Source of the DNA: Blepharisma stoltei ATCC 30299
Taxonomy: Eukaryota > Protista > Ciliophora
Direction: 5' to 3'
DNA: 64,000 bases
Assembly (NCBI GenBank): GCA_965603825.1
Contig: CBFDEM010000003.1
Location: 496,001-560,000 of the forward strand
In this document: positions 35,072 through 46,553 of the stretch, piece after piece
Layout: each line of letters opens with the position of its first letter
Numbering within the stretch: position 1 is the stretch's first letter
The notes under the pieces: model-generated
Seen by the model: only the letters and a program-made list of their open reading frames with translations
Told to the model about the DNA's origin: nothing
The model's database searches: none
Translations under genes and position numbers: made by a program

Positions 35072-36073
35072 TTTACTCCCCCAACGCCTCTTTCCACTAT
35101 TTAAAAATGTAAAGAAAATTATATAAAATTAATCACATAAAGCAAATAACTGTCCGATTAAAATAGAGCAAGTTTTTTCCTCAAAATTAAGAAAAATATT
35201 AAAAACCGAGTAGCCCCTTTTTATAAAATAATGAATGATATGGAAACCAGTTTGTACCAATGCTTCTCAAACCTCCCAACTTAGAGAGAAACTCTGCAAG
35301 CCCTAGCTCAACTGCTTATGGCATAAAAGAAGTTTTGAAAATGGTTTATGGCGATCGAATTCATATAATAGGCTCCTATATTTCAAATGTAAAATCTTAT
35401 TTTACATTTCAGCTATAACTCAATCACTTGAGAATGATAGATATGCTCTTAAAAAACTACTTGTTGCATTTTGGAAATCAAAAATCCTCAGCCAAGTTTC
35501 AGAATCACAGAATCAGAGGTAAATACTCTAATCGAGTAAAAAATTAGAGAGTAATTGAGATAAGGACATGTTAGAGCAAAAAGAATTAATTAAGCTGTGA
35601 TACAGCTGATATAATATTGGTGAACAAAAAATTTACAATCCTTACTCAATAATGAATTGTATAATTAGAGGAAAAAATCAAAATAGTATCCTCTCAGGCC
35701 TTATTGAATCTTTGCAACTGCCTTTAATCATCTGGTCCTAGCATTTAATCCCCTGCAATCTTATGATGAATTGTTTGAAATAATGAGAACTGGCTATCTT
35801 GTATTGTGAGAAGAAATTGGTAGCTATATAAATTTGTAATTAGATCTCAACAGCACAAAAAAAATTTTGCGCTATTGCTACATGCTGGATATTTAACACC
35901 ATATAGCACAACTAAAAAGGAAAAGAAAAACCTTGTGAGCATTTATATATATGTAGTTCCTAATAGATAAATCAAAAAGCATTTTAAAACTGGAATTAAA
36001 ACTATTATGTAAATTTTAGGAGAATTATAGATAATGTAAATATTTCAGTAATATCTAAAAATAACTAATCAAT

Positions 36074-36958
36074 ATGGAAAGATCCAAGTTTCTCCCAGAA
36101 TTCAAAGGCTTTATTTCTGGGGTTGTAGGGGCTTGATGTGGAGTTTTCGTTGGTCAGCCATTTGACATTATAAAAGTTCGCTTACAAAACTCAGGCGGCT
36201 CAGCCATTTTAGCATTAAAAAATTTACTTTCTCATGAAGGATTTTTAACATTATGAAAAGGCTCACTTCCTCCTCTTATCGGTGTAGGTCTATCTAACGC
36301 AGTATCATTTGGAACAAATGAAAACACAAAAAGAATTGTAAGTTCTTACAATAAACCAGGAGAAATTTTAAGCCTATCTCAGCATGCCTTATGTGGGACT
36401 TCTGCAGGCTTTTTTCGCGCATTTTTTTCATGCCCAGCTGAGCTTGTAAGAATTCGTATGCAAGTTCAAGGGAAAATTGACCCAAGAGGAGACCCGTTAT
36501 ATAAAAATTCCATTGAATGTTTTATTTCTATAATAAAAACTTATGGCATTAAAGGGATTTATAGAGGATTTTCAGCAACTATGATAAGGGAACTTATGGG
36601 AAATACGCTGTTCTTTGGAGGGTATCAGTTTTGTGGGAGAAAAATATTTGGAGGGGAAAAGCTCAATGCGGACGAATTAGGAAAATTAAAAATTATGGCT
36701 TGTGGAGCTTTTGCTGGGTACTGCTACTGGGCACCATATTGTATTGATGTTATTAAATCAAAAATGCAGTCAGATTCATTTGCGAATCCTAGATATAAGT
36801 CTCTTTTGGACTGCCTGAAAATTACATATAAGACTGATGGATTTTCAGGATTTTTTAAAGGCTGAACACCTACGATGCTTAGAGCAGCTCCAGCCTGCGC
36901 TTCACTTTTTTTAGGCTTCGAGGCCACAATGTCTATTTTCGGGCGAAACTATCGGTAA
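36074..36958 (+). CDS. Mitochondrial carrier (SLC25), paralog 2, 294 aa
   Basis: PFDIIKVRLQ, PAELVRIRMQ, CIDVIKSKMQ; same length as paralog 1; TGA=W joins. Confidence 0.93.
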
Positions 36959-37115
36959 TTTCCTTTCTTCTTATTTAATATCAGCCTACTTTACACTATT
37001 AATATTCTTTCATAACATTTATTTTCAATTTTAAAAATTTCCATCAGAACTGCTTATACCCATTTTTCGAATTTCCTCCATTAATTTCTTGTTCATTTCA
37101 CATAAAGTTAAATAA

Positions 37116-38003
37116 ATGGGTGCAACAATTAACTATTATCCTGATTATCAATCTTTTTTGTCAGGCATAGTGGCCTCTTGGACCTCGATATTCATCAGCC
37201 AGCCTCTAGATATAATCAAGGTTCGAATGCAAAATGTTGGCGGTTCTGTAATATTAACTATTTCAAGCCTCTTGAAACAAGAGGGGTTTTTTGCGTTTTG
37301 GAAAGCGGTCTCCTCGCCGCTTGTTGGTTCAACAATTACAAGCTCATTGTCGCTTGGAATTAATGAAAATATTAAAAAATACTTCAAAAACCCTTCAGAC
37401 CAGACAGAGAGTTTAAAAATTTGGCAACACACGCTGTGTGGATCTATTTCTGGCGTCTCGAAAACTTTTTTTTCATGTCCATTCGAGCATGTGACTGTAA
37501 AACTTCAAGTTCAAGGAAAAATCAGTCCTAGAGGCGACCCAATATACAAAAATCCCAGAGACTGTTTTATATCAATATATAAAAAATATGGGATAGTTGG
37601 GTTGTATCGAGGATTTAGCATTTGTTTATCCAGAGATATTTTTGGATATGGAATATTCTTCGCGGCATATCAAACTGCTGGCAAAAAGCTCTTTGGTGGG
37701 GATAATATAGACACTCACCAACTACCCCTATGGCAAATCATTATGTGTGGAGGAATTGCTGGGATTGCATATTGGATTGGGATTTTTGGACTTGACGTTA
37801 TTAAATCCAAAATTCAGGCAGACTCTTTTGTAAACCCAAAATATAAAAATATAAAAGACTGTATAAAAATCACCTGGAACGAAGGTGGACTAGCTGGGCT
37901 GTCCAAAGGCTGATTTCCAGCTATTATTCGGGCTTTCCCTTCTAATGCAGCTTATATGGCTGGTTTTGAAGTGTGTATGAAAGCCCTGGGGAGAGATAAA
38001 TAA
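37116..38003 (+). CDS. Mitochondrial carrier (SLC25), paralog 3, 295 aa
   Basis: PLDIIKVRMQ, PFEHVTVKLQ, GLDVIKSKIQ; KG[TGA=W]FPAIIRAFPSNAA; TAA at 38001-38003. Confidence 0.93.
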
Positions 38004-38054
38004 TTAAACTAACCCATCTCTTAACCATTTATTTTATCAAATAACGCACCATGT

Positions 38055-38720
38055 TTACAAATCAATATTTAGCACATTGTTCATTATTTTTTTCTTCTTC
38101 ATATACACTTCTACTATATCTTCGCTTTTCTTTACTTCATAGACGCTCTTTCTAGATGAACAAATTTCTATTATTTCTTCATCTTCCAAGCATACACAAT
38201 CGTCCTCCATTTCTTCTTCTAAAAATTTCTTCATATTAGCTGAAATCATTCAATTTATGTCTGGATCATGTAAATACACGTCAATTTTTTTTTTAAATTT
38301 CGGCTTATCAATATTTATCAGCAGCTTGAGCTTTTGGAAGCCAAATTTTTCGTCCTCGGGGTCTCGTTTTGTGCTTTGTTTTATTATAAAATTTTTCAAT
38401 AGAGAAAATTTGTTTTCTTTGAAGACTGCTAATATAATATTTTTGGGGACTTTTTCTATAAGAATTCGAAGAGGCAGAAGGTCGCCGCAGCGGAATAATG
38501 ATTCGTGAAGGATTGGCTTGCCTCCTTTGAGGAAAAAGTTGCCAATACTGATTTGTGAATAAACTGATAATGCTTGATAGAGCAAGGAGTAATTTTTGGT
38601 CGAAATACAATCAAGTCAAGCAGCTCTGATTTCGTCTTTATTTGGCCTGCGCCGGATGAAGGAATTTATAAGGGATTCGTTGGATGATTTTTCAGATCGA
38701 TCTCGCTTTTGGCCAAGCAT
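38055..38720 (-). CDS. Hypothetical protein, 221 aa
   Basis: ATG at 38720 (MLGQKRDRS); two TGA=W codons join the in-frame track ORFs 38250..38585 and 38055..38249. Confidence 0.7.
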
Positions 38721-39195
38721 GTGTCTTCTATTATATTATATATCTATAACTTAAAAGTTCATAGTCATTTTATAATTGCTAATCACTATAATAAGCTGAA
38801 ATATTGGATTTATCAAAGAAATCTAATTATGAGATGATTAAATTTCTTTAAGAAACACAACACTAGAACTTATATCTGCGTCTTTTGCCATCAATTCACG
38901 CCTTTTAGTCAATTCTCAGTTCATTTCTGTAAATTAAGCTCTTCTTATCCTGAATCAAATTACCTACTGATTTCTCCCTATTCAGTCTACCCACAAAAAC
39001 CAACATTTTACTATAATTATTTTTTGCTTTTATTTTTGCTTTTCTGAGTTTCTAATTATTTCTTTACTAATTCCAGTATAAAGGTCCTTATATATGCTTA
39101 TTATTTTATAATTAAACCTAAAATTTTCTTAGTATCGTCTGGTAACTTTTAATAAAAAGGAGTTACGATCCGTCTCAGGTTCCGTCTCTTGTAGG

Positions 39196-39208
39196 TCTAA
39201 AAATCGCC
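39196..39208 (+). promoter_or_regulatory. Candidate upstream motif TCTAAAAATCGCC, preceded by two CCGTCTC copies
   Basis: Ends about 42 bp before the ATG at 39250; identical to 7673-7685 on the minus strand. Confidence 0.4.
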
Positions 39209-39249
39209 TTACTCCATATCTAAATCAGCTTAATTTTAATGGAATAATA

Positions 39250-40563
39250 ATGCTTGAATTTCTAGAAGGCTACTTAACCACTACCAACATCCTACTTACA
39301 CTATTCCTTGCCTTGTACATTCTTTACTACAGAACGTTCCACCACTACAGGTTCGAACAAAAAAGCGCCTTTACCAAAGGCCGCCGGTCTATGGGAAAAA
39401 CCCTCCCAGCTTTTCCCAACGGATGGTTCTGTGTGGCAAGGTCTGGAGAAATCAAGAAAGGCGAAGCCAAACATATTGACATGCACGGCCAAAACATCGC
39501 AGTTTTCAGAGGAACTGATGGAATTATATACGCAATCGACGCCTATTGCTCACACATGGGCGCAAATTTGGCTGAAGGAGGCAAAGTCAAATTCGGCAAA
39601 GGACTACAGTGTCCTTTCCACGGGTGGGTTTTTGATGGAGAAACAGGGAACTGTGTATCTGGCGCTGACATGAAGCAAAGAGAAGCCGATAAGTTTACTT
39701 ATAGCGAAAAAGCTACAGAAGGGCTTAAAAAGGAATGCAAAACTAAAATCGGCGTCAAAAAATGGCAAGTTAAGGAGTTTGGCGGTTTTATTTTTGTATG
39801 GTATCACTCAATAGAAGAGCTTAGAACTGCTCCGCCACCTTTTGAGCCGCTAGACATTACTCCATTCATGGAAAAACTCTCATATCGTGGGGTAAGCATA
39901 AATAAAGTCCAAAGCCACGTCCAAGATATCCCAGAAAATGGTGGCGACTTAATGCATTTTTACTATGTCCATAGTGCCTTCTTACCATTTACCGACCTCT
40001 TCAAAGCCAGATGGAGAGCCAAATGGACCAAAGGCGACGACCCAAAACTCAGAGAAATCATGAAGCACGAGGTACCATTAATCGACCAGTTCAAAACTCA
40101 GCTGATGGATAGGTTTTTAACTGAACAAAACGCCAAATACATTGGCGTCCTTTCTTTAGACAGCTATATGATCCTCCCAGGCTGCAGCGAAATTTTCTTC
40201 TTCAACGCCACTGCGTTCCAAGTTGGCTCAGGGCTGGTCTACTTGTTCTTAAAAAGCCAATTTTTCGAAGCCGTGCTGTTCCAGCACTTGTCGCCGCTCG
40301 AGAAATATAAGCACGAGGTCTTCCATGACATGTGGGCGAGTAGTTATTTGCCTTATTGTATAACAGCACTTATGCTGAGATTGGAAGCTCAACAGGTCAT
40401 GAACGACGGAAAAGTATGGGATAATAAGCAATTTGCTATGAGCACTTATTATGATTTGAGAGAAGAACCGGATAGGATGCTGCTTAACTGGAGATCATGG
40501 TATGCGCAGTTTTATGAAGGATGCAGAGAAGCTGAGGAAGAAAAAGAAAGGTTGTCATGGTAA
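39250..40563 (+). CDS. Rieske-type sterol C7-desaturase (Neverland/DAF-36/Tetrahymena Des7 family), 437 aa
   Basis: N-terminal TM; PAFPNGWF; Rieske CSHMGA...CPFHGW; non-heme iron ENGGDLMHFYYVH; DGKVWDNK; WRSWYAQFY. Confidence 0.92.
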   Translation: MLEFLEGYLTTTNILLTLFLALYILYYRTFHHYRFEQKSAFTKGRRSMGKTLPAFPNGWFCVARSGEIKKGEAKHIDMHGQNIAVFRGTDGIIYAIDAYCSHMGANLAEGGKVKFGKGLQCPFHGWVFDGETGNCVSGADMKQREADKFTYSEKATEGLKKECKTKIGVKKWQVKEFGGFIFVWYHSIEELRTAPPPFEPLDITPFMEKLSYRGVSINKVQSHVQDIPENGGDLMHFYYVHSAFLPFTDLFKARWRAKWTKGDDPKLREIMKHEVPLIDQFKTQLMDRFLTEQNAKYIGVLSLDSYMILPGCSEIFFFNATAFQVGSGLVYLFLKSQFFEAVLFQHLSPLEKYKHEVFHDMWASSYLPYCITALMLRLEAQQVMNDGKVWDNKQFAMSTYYDLREEPDRMLLNWRSWYAQFYEGCREAEEEKERLSW

Positions 40564-41198
40564 TAAGCTTAATATTCTCTTTATGGTAATAACAGGGATA
40601 TATGAGAAGATATGAAATTTTATTTTTATGGTATTTTTGGATAAATTAAGCTGTGCCTGGATTTGCACTGCATTTTGACGTTTTAAAATATTTATTTTAT
40701 AAATTCTATGCTAATTTTTTCGAGCATGCTATAAAAAGCAATTGATTATGAATAATTAATCTCTGAGCTCGAAGCCATCCATAGAAATTTTACGATAGAA
40801 TCCTTGGTATTTGTATATTTATAAAAAAGAAGAGTTTACTATTTATCTTTTTATATATTTTATGAATTCGTCAAAATAGACCTATATATCTGCATAGTAA
40901 TTTCCATTTAAAGTATGCACATATTTATATGCTGATGCAAAGCTCAACTAGATACTATTTCACTTTTCATATGATCTCTATGGCAAAAATATTAAAGATT
41001 AAATCTAATCCAGGGGTTCCAAACATTCTCTATCGTCTATAACTCAATCAGTTAAGTGTTTAGTAAATTTTGAGGTTTTTCATATCGAATTCTTCAATAA
41101 AACTTCATTATATTCTTAAGCAAGTAAAGCCATCATTCATAGAATATAGAATTCCATAAATAACCCATATTAAAAATCAGTCTCTACATTTATTAAAT

Positions 41199-41549
41199 TT
41201 AAAGATTAAGGTGAGCAAATATTTTAGCATCTGTTTGCGCTGTTATTTTTTTGAATACTTGCAATCGATCAATTTTCTTTTGATGTATAAAAGTGCACCT
41301 TTCTCCATATTTGCAAAATCCATATGCAAAATTTTTGCATTCTTCTTTTTTGTAGTTTGGGCCTTTTGCTTTTAATTCTGTTTTGCCATGTGCAAAAGCA
41401 CAGTTTTCTCCAAAAGTGCATTTGTTAAGTGGTCAATTCTTGCATATTTCTGTTTTATATTTCGGTTTTGGACTGCTCTGCTTGCAGGATTTAAAATTTT
41501 TCAAATGATTTTCTAGTAAAGTTTCAATTATAAGGTCTTCTGCTGGCAT
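41199..41549 (-). CDS. Tandem CCCH zinc-finger RNA-binding protein (TTP/ZFP36-like), 116 aa; not in the ORF track
   Basis: KYKTEICKN[W]PLNKCTFGENCAFAHG and NYKKEECKNFAYGFCKYGERCTFIH, followed by RLQVFKKIT. ATG at 41549, TAA at 41199. Confidence 0.9.
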
Positions 41550-41874
41550 TTTTTATAGAAAGTTTTATAAAGATTAATAGATATAATGGAAATTCTGCAC
41601 GTTTTTGTAGAATATATAATATTTAAAGAAAAGCTCAGATTTTATAATATCTAATATTTATTTTACGAAAATTTGGCATGCCAATATCCTGTGTAGTCAT
41701 TTGTGTGATAATAATGCATGTGATAAATTAGCCTTTAAATATTTGCGTTTAAATGCAATCACATGCTAATTATTTGTATATTTATTGTAGATATAACTGA
41801 CAATTTTTGCTAAAATATCTTATTTAAGCATTGAAAAGTGCTTAGCTAAGTATAAATAATTTTTGCCGAAATTA

Positions 41875-42708
41875 ATGGCAAAATCAGAGCCAAGCACTCT
41901 TGAAGCACTTAGCGTGCTCCTAATTTTTGGAAATCCTTCCAATTATGACACAGAATTAATTCCTTCAATCTCCCAACCTCATCTTCAATTCAATTCTGTA
42001 TCTGACATTTTACTATACCCAATTATTTCTTACCTCAAAAGTCTCGGCTATGACCTCGACCATTCTATGCTCTGGTATCATTCTCCATCATCAGATTCCA
42101 AAATTTACTGTGGAAATGATCCTTTGCCATTATTTTCCTCAATTCCACTATACGAGCTAGAAAACAATACCATCACTATCACATCTCGGCAAGCAATTCG
42201 TAACGTTTTTGGGACAATTTCCACTGTAGGATGCCAGTCAAATCCTAAATTAAAGCCACAAAAAGAAGCAATTACAAAAATTAACGCAGCTAGAAGGACA
42301 AAGGAACGAAAAATTGGTTTTATTATTGAAAAAGTGTCTAGCTGAAGAAAATTATATCAGGGAAATTTAGAAGATGAGGTCTCAGTAAAACTGGACCTTG
42401 ATGAAGCTGCTGGCCAAGTAGGGGTTTCAAAAAAATCTCTGGACGATTATTTGTTGCAGATTAGGTTTGGGAGAAAATTCGGGTTTAATTTTCAAGAACA
42501 TAAAGATGATAAAGTAGGGGTTTTAAGAGCTTTTGTGAAAAAATGTAAACATTTGCAAATGTATGCTGCACAGATAGAAGCTGGGGAAGAACTTCCAAAA
42601 GAAATTGTGATGAAATTGCAAGAGCCAGGAACTCCAGCTTGTAAGCATAATAGGTGTTGTGCGCCTAAGTTTTCGCTAAAGTTTAAATGTGGAGAAGGGC
42701 AGTATTAA
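41875..42708 (+). CDS. Ciliate-type putative helix-turn-helix DNA-binding protein, 277 aa
   Basis: RTKERKIGFIIEKVSS[W]RKLY...LDEAAGQVGVSKKSLDDYLLQIRFGRKFGFNF; the AAxxVGVSKKSL pattern is HTH-like. TGA joins two track ORFs. Confidence 0.8.
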
Positions 42709-43316
42709 ATAAATTTAAATGATCTTGATCCCTTTTAAATTATTATGATTTGAATATATTTTTATAAATTACAGCATTTTTATTTTTAAAATTCAATATT
42801 TTATAAAAATATTTATAAAAATTTCAATCAAATATTTTGATAAAAAATGAAAATAAAGATACCAAACATTTGAGGAATAACGCTTATTCAGTCATTGATA
42901 ATATTTAGAAATTGTTTTTAATATTCTTTTTAATATAGAGAAAATGCTCAAGCTAAAAGCTATAAGTTTCTCTGGCACTTTTTTGTAATTATTATTGAAA
43001 ATTTGTAGAAGAATATATTCAGATTCCAAAAATGAGAAGCAAAATCTTTTTGATTTTAAAGAATAATTCTTCACAGCAAAATTTGAGACTTAAAAGTAAA
43101 TCTCTATTATATCAGAATATAAATAAATCCAAAGAATCTCAATATGAAACTCTTCCCACTTTATAAACATTTTCTTCGAAACGCATCTGTTTTTTATCTT
43201 TAAAACTGCCTAAAGTTTCTGTTTTAATCGTTAAGGCGGTTACCAAATCTGTTTTTTTCATGAAATTCAATTCCGACATAATAAAAGAGAATAAATATAA
43301 AATCAGAATCATTATA

Positions 43317-43574
43317 ATGATAAAAGTACACCAAATGAGCTTAGCAATTGTGGTTGCTGAATTAATAGCTCTTGTCCTCAGTAATTTTGAGCCCTGGGAT
43401 AGCAACTACATTTACCTATATTGCTCACTTCTCGCAAGCGGCCACCTCTGGTGCTTAATAGGAAAGTTAAATAGTCTAAGAAATAGCACCAAATTTGACT
43501 CTGATTGGTGCATTGAAGTGCAGGGCCCAAGCGAAAACAAGAAAGTGGAGTGGTTTCCTCTCACCCCGGTATAA
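43317..43574 (+). CDS. Small two-hydrophobic-segment protein, 85 aa
   Basis: ATG after an AT-rich leader; GC above the flanks; two hydrophobic stretches; no family recognised. Confidence 0.45.
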   Translation: MIKVHQMSLAIVVAELIALVLSNFEPWDSNYIYLYCSLLASGHLWCLIGKLNSLRNSTKFDSDWCIEVQGPSENKKVEWFPLTPV

Positions 43575-44156
43575 ATTTTGCTTAAATAAATATTGACCTC
43601 TTAATCCATTAAATTAAAACAAACATGATGTATAAGGTAATTCATGAATAATTTGAGCAAAGGCAGTGAAGGAGAGGGTTTATCTTATAAGAAAAGTCAA
43701 TAATGAAACAGTTAGACAGCACTGAATGGCTTTAAGAAGAATAGGCTTATGCAAATAGAAAAAGGAGACTATTTTTTGGATAGAAACTGGGAGAATAAAA
43801 TTAATTGTGTTTTATATCATTGGCTATTGAAAATGAGCTGATTTTTTGGAAGATTGAGCTTAAAAGGCTTATTTAAATATCCTTGAGCTCATTTGAATAC
43901 TCATAGAAACTATAATGATATGCAATTTTGGAATAAAATTTTGAGCACAGCTGGAAATTTAAAGTTAAAACTCTAATGAGTAATCATAAGAAGGAGCGCA
44001 TAAAGCAAAAGCATATGATCTTATCATTGCATGCTATTTCATCTGAAGTTACTTTGGATTAAGGCTCAAATTAATCGAAAAATATAAATTCCTACGTATT
44101 TTACTAATTTTTCGCTTTAATATATAATCAATTTCTGTATCATATACAACTGATTA

Positions 44157-45062
44157 TTAACTAATTCTTTGACTTATCCAATTCAGGACTTTCTCTATAA
44201 TTTCTTCAATTTCTGGCTCATTGCATACCTCATGCCTCATTTCTTCATAATAAACAAACTCTTTATCCTCCACAGCCGAATTTTCCACAAATTTTCTATT
44301 CACCTCAATATTTACCTTTGTATCATTTCCTCCTTGGAAAATAATAAAAGGAACCCTCACATTTTTAAGCCTCGGCCGCAATTTATCAAAAGATTTCAGT
44401 AAAGCAGATCCAGTCCTTGCCTTGGTTTTTCCTGTATAATATTCAGGGTTTTCTTGATACCACCCTTCATTATATGGGTTTCTCGACAATGATTTCAAAT
44501 CTGGAGACTTTGTAGGCATTCTTGGGCACAGACATCCCAAACATCTTGCAAGTTTAATTAAAAATGGACTAAATGAAGGACTTGCAGCTAATGCAGGGGC
44601 AAATAAAACCATCCCTTTTATCATACTTTGCATTTCCAAGGCAATATTCATGCATATAGTCCCACCCATACTTTCTCCAAGTATAAAAATCGGGGTGTTT
44701 TTAGGGTAATTCTCTATTGATTTTTCAATGTATTTGATCCCACAATTTATGTATTCGTCGATTGTATAGATAATTCCGAGTTTTCCTTGACTTTTCCCAT
44801 GGCATTCTTGGTCAAATGCTAAAACTGCTATATTTAGCTCGTATAGCCGCTTAGCGAGGTATGAAAAAATTCCAGATGAAACGTGGATTCCGTGAAATAA
44901 AAAGACAATAGCTTGAGGGGCTTCGAGGTGGAAGCGGTAAGTGTGAAGTTTATAGCCTCTGCTTGATTTTAGAGAGATTCAGTCTTCATCAGGGAAAAAA
45001 ATCCCTGCGCATGGGATGTGACCTTGGTATTTAATTCATCATGTTTTGTCTTTTGAAGACAT
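44157..45062 (-). CDS. Monoacylglycerol lipase/lysophospholipase (Hydrolase_4 alpha/beta hydrolase), paralog A, 301 aa
   Basis: MSSKDKT[W][W]IKYQG (TGA TGA), LFHG, FDQECHGKS, GESMGG nucleophile elbow, QGGND, MRHE. Confidence 0.92.
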
Positions 45063-45479
45063 AGGAATTATTATTGAAACTAATAATTTAAATTATCCAA
45101 ATTTTATATCCCAAGAGAGTTATTTCTGAAACTGTTGATTTTGCTATTAATAAATATAATTAATTTCATTAAATGTCTAGAGATTTTATTTTTTATATGC
45201 AAAATAGTTTTTGCATTCAAAATGAGACCGAAAAAATGAAAGATAAAAATATCACAGATTTTAATTATCTTAAAATTCTTTTAAAATCAAGACAATCCAA
45301 AAAAAAGAAGAAAAAGAGTACCGCTGACAAAGTTTAAGCTCCAAACAGAAATCCCTCTGTAAGACAGTAAAATAAATTTGGCCATTCAAAAATTTAAAAA
45401 AATCATTAAACTACGCATGGGATAAAATAAATCAATTAAGCCTAATTTAAGATGGCTATTAAAAATGCAGTCTAAAATA

Positions 45480-46382
45480 TTAACTCTTCGATGGAGCTCT
45501 TTTATTAATCCAATCTACTATTTTTTGAGTGATTTCAAAAATCTCTGGCTCGTGGCATATATCATGTCTCATTTCTTTATAATACACCAATTCCTTATCT
45601 TCCACCTTAGAATTTTTCACAAAATCTTTATTCAGTTGCTCACTTACCATAATATCATCTCCGCCCTGAAACAAAATAAAAGGAACTCTCACATTTCCTA
45701 GCTGAGGGCTTAATTCATCAAAAGCTCTTAATAGCGCTGCTCCAGTCCTCGCATTAAGTCTTCCATTATAATTTACTGGGTTTTCTCTCTGATACTGTTC
45801 CACATAAGGATTTCTTGACAGCATACTTATATCAGCAGGCTTTGTAGGAAGCCCAGGACAGCAGCAGGCCAAACATCTAATAATTTTCACTAACCATGGC
45901 TCTAAATCTGGATTAATTCCTAGCGCAGGTGCAAATAAAATCATCCCGGTGACTATATTTGGTATCTGCAAAGCAATGTTCACACAAATGGCGCCTCCCA
46001 TGCTTTCCCCTATTATAAATACAGGCGTTCCTTCTGAGTAATGTTCCCTTGCTTTTGAAATATACTCGATTCCGCAATTAACGTACTCGTCCACACTTCT
46101 AATGTTTCCTCTTGGACCACCACTGTTTCCATGGCTTTCTTGGTCAAATGCTAAAACTGCGAAGTTATTTTGATATAAAATACTTGCGGTGTAAGCGAAA
46201 TTGAATGATGAAACGTGCATCCCATGAAAAAGAAATACAAGAGCTTGGGGGTTTGGGATGTGGTATCGGTAAGTATCTAACTTGCAGCCTTTGCTTGATT
46301 TTAAAAGGAGCCAGGACTCTTCAGGGTAGTCTATTCCAGCTCCGGGGACATGGCCTTCATACTTGCGCCACCACTCTGACAT
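45480..46382 (-). CDS. Monoacylglycerol lipase family, paralog B, 300 aa
   Basis: LFHG, FDQESHGNSGG, GESMGG, QGGDD, MRHD. Confidence 0.93.
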   Translation of the reverse strand: MSEWWRKYEGHVPGAGIDYPEESWLLLKSSKGCKLDTYRYHIPNPQALVFLFHGMHVSSFNFAYTASILYQNNFAVLAFDQESHGNSGGPRGNIRSVDEYVNCGIEYISKAREHYSEGTPVFIIGESMGGAICVNIALQIPNIVTGMILFAPALGINPDLEPWLVKIIRCLACCCPGLPTKPADISMLSRNPYVEQYQRENPVNYNGRLNARTGAALLRAFDELSPQLGNVRVPFILFQGGDDIMVSEQLNKDFVKNSKVEDKELVYYKEMRHDICHEPEIFEITQKIVDWINKRAPSKS

Positions 46383-46553
46383 TTATTTTAATTTTAGACA
46401 AATAATGAAACTGTGAGAAATTGCATCAAATAATTTATATAAATTAATAAGCAACATATTAACAAAAATCTTTAATATATTGATTTATAATTATAACAAA
46501 ATTCTGCGTATCATTAAATTTTCTATTTAATTTATCCTTATATTGATAATTAT

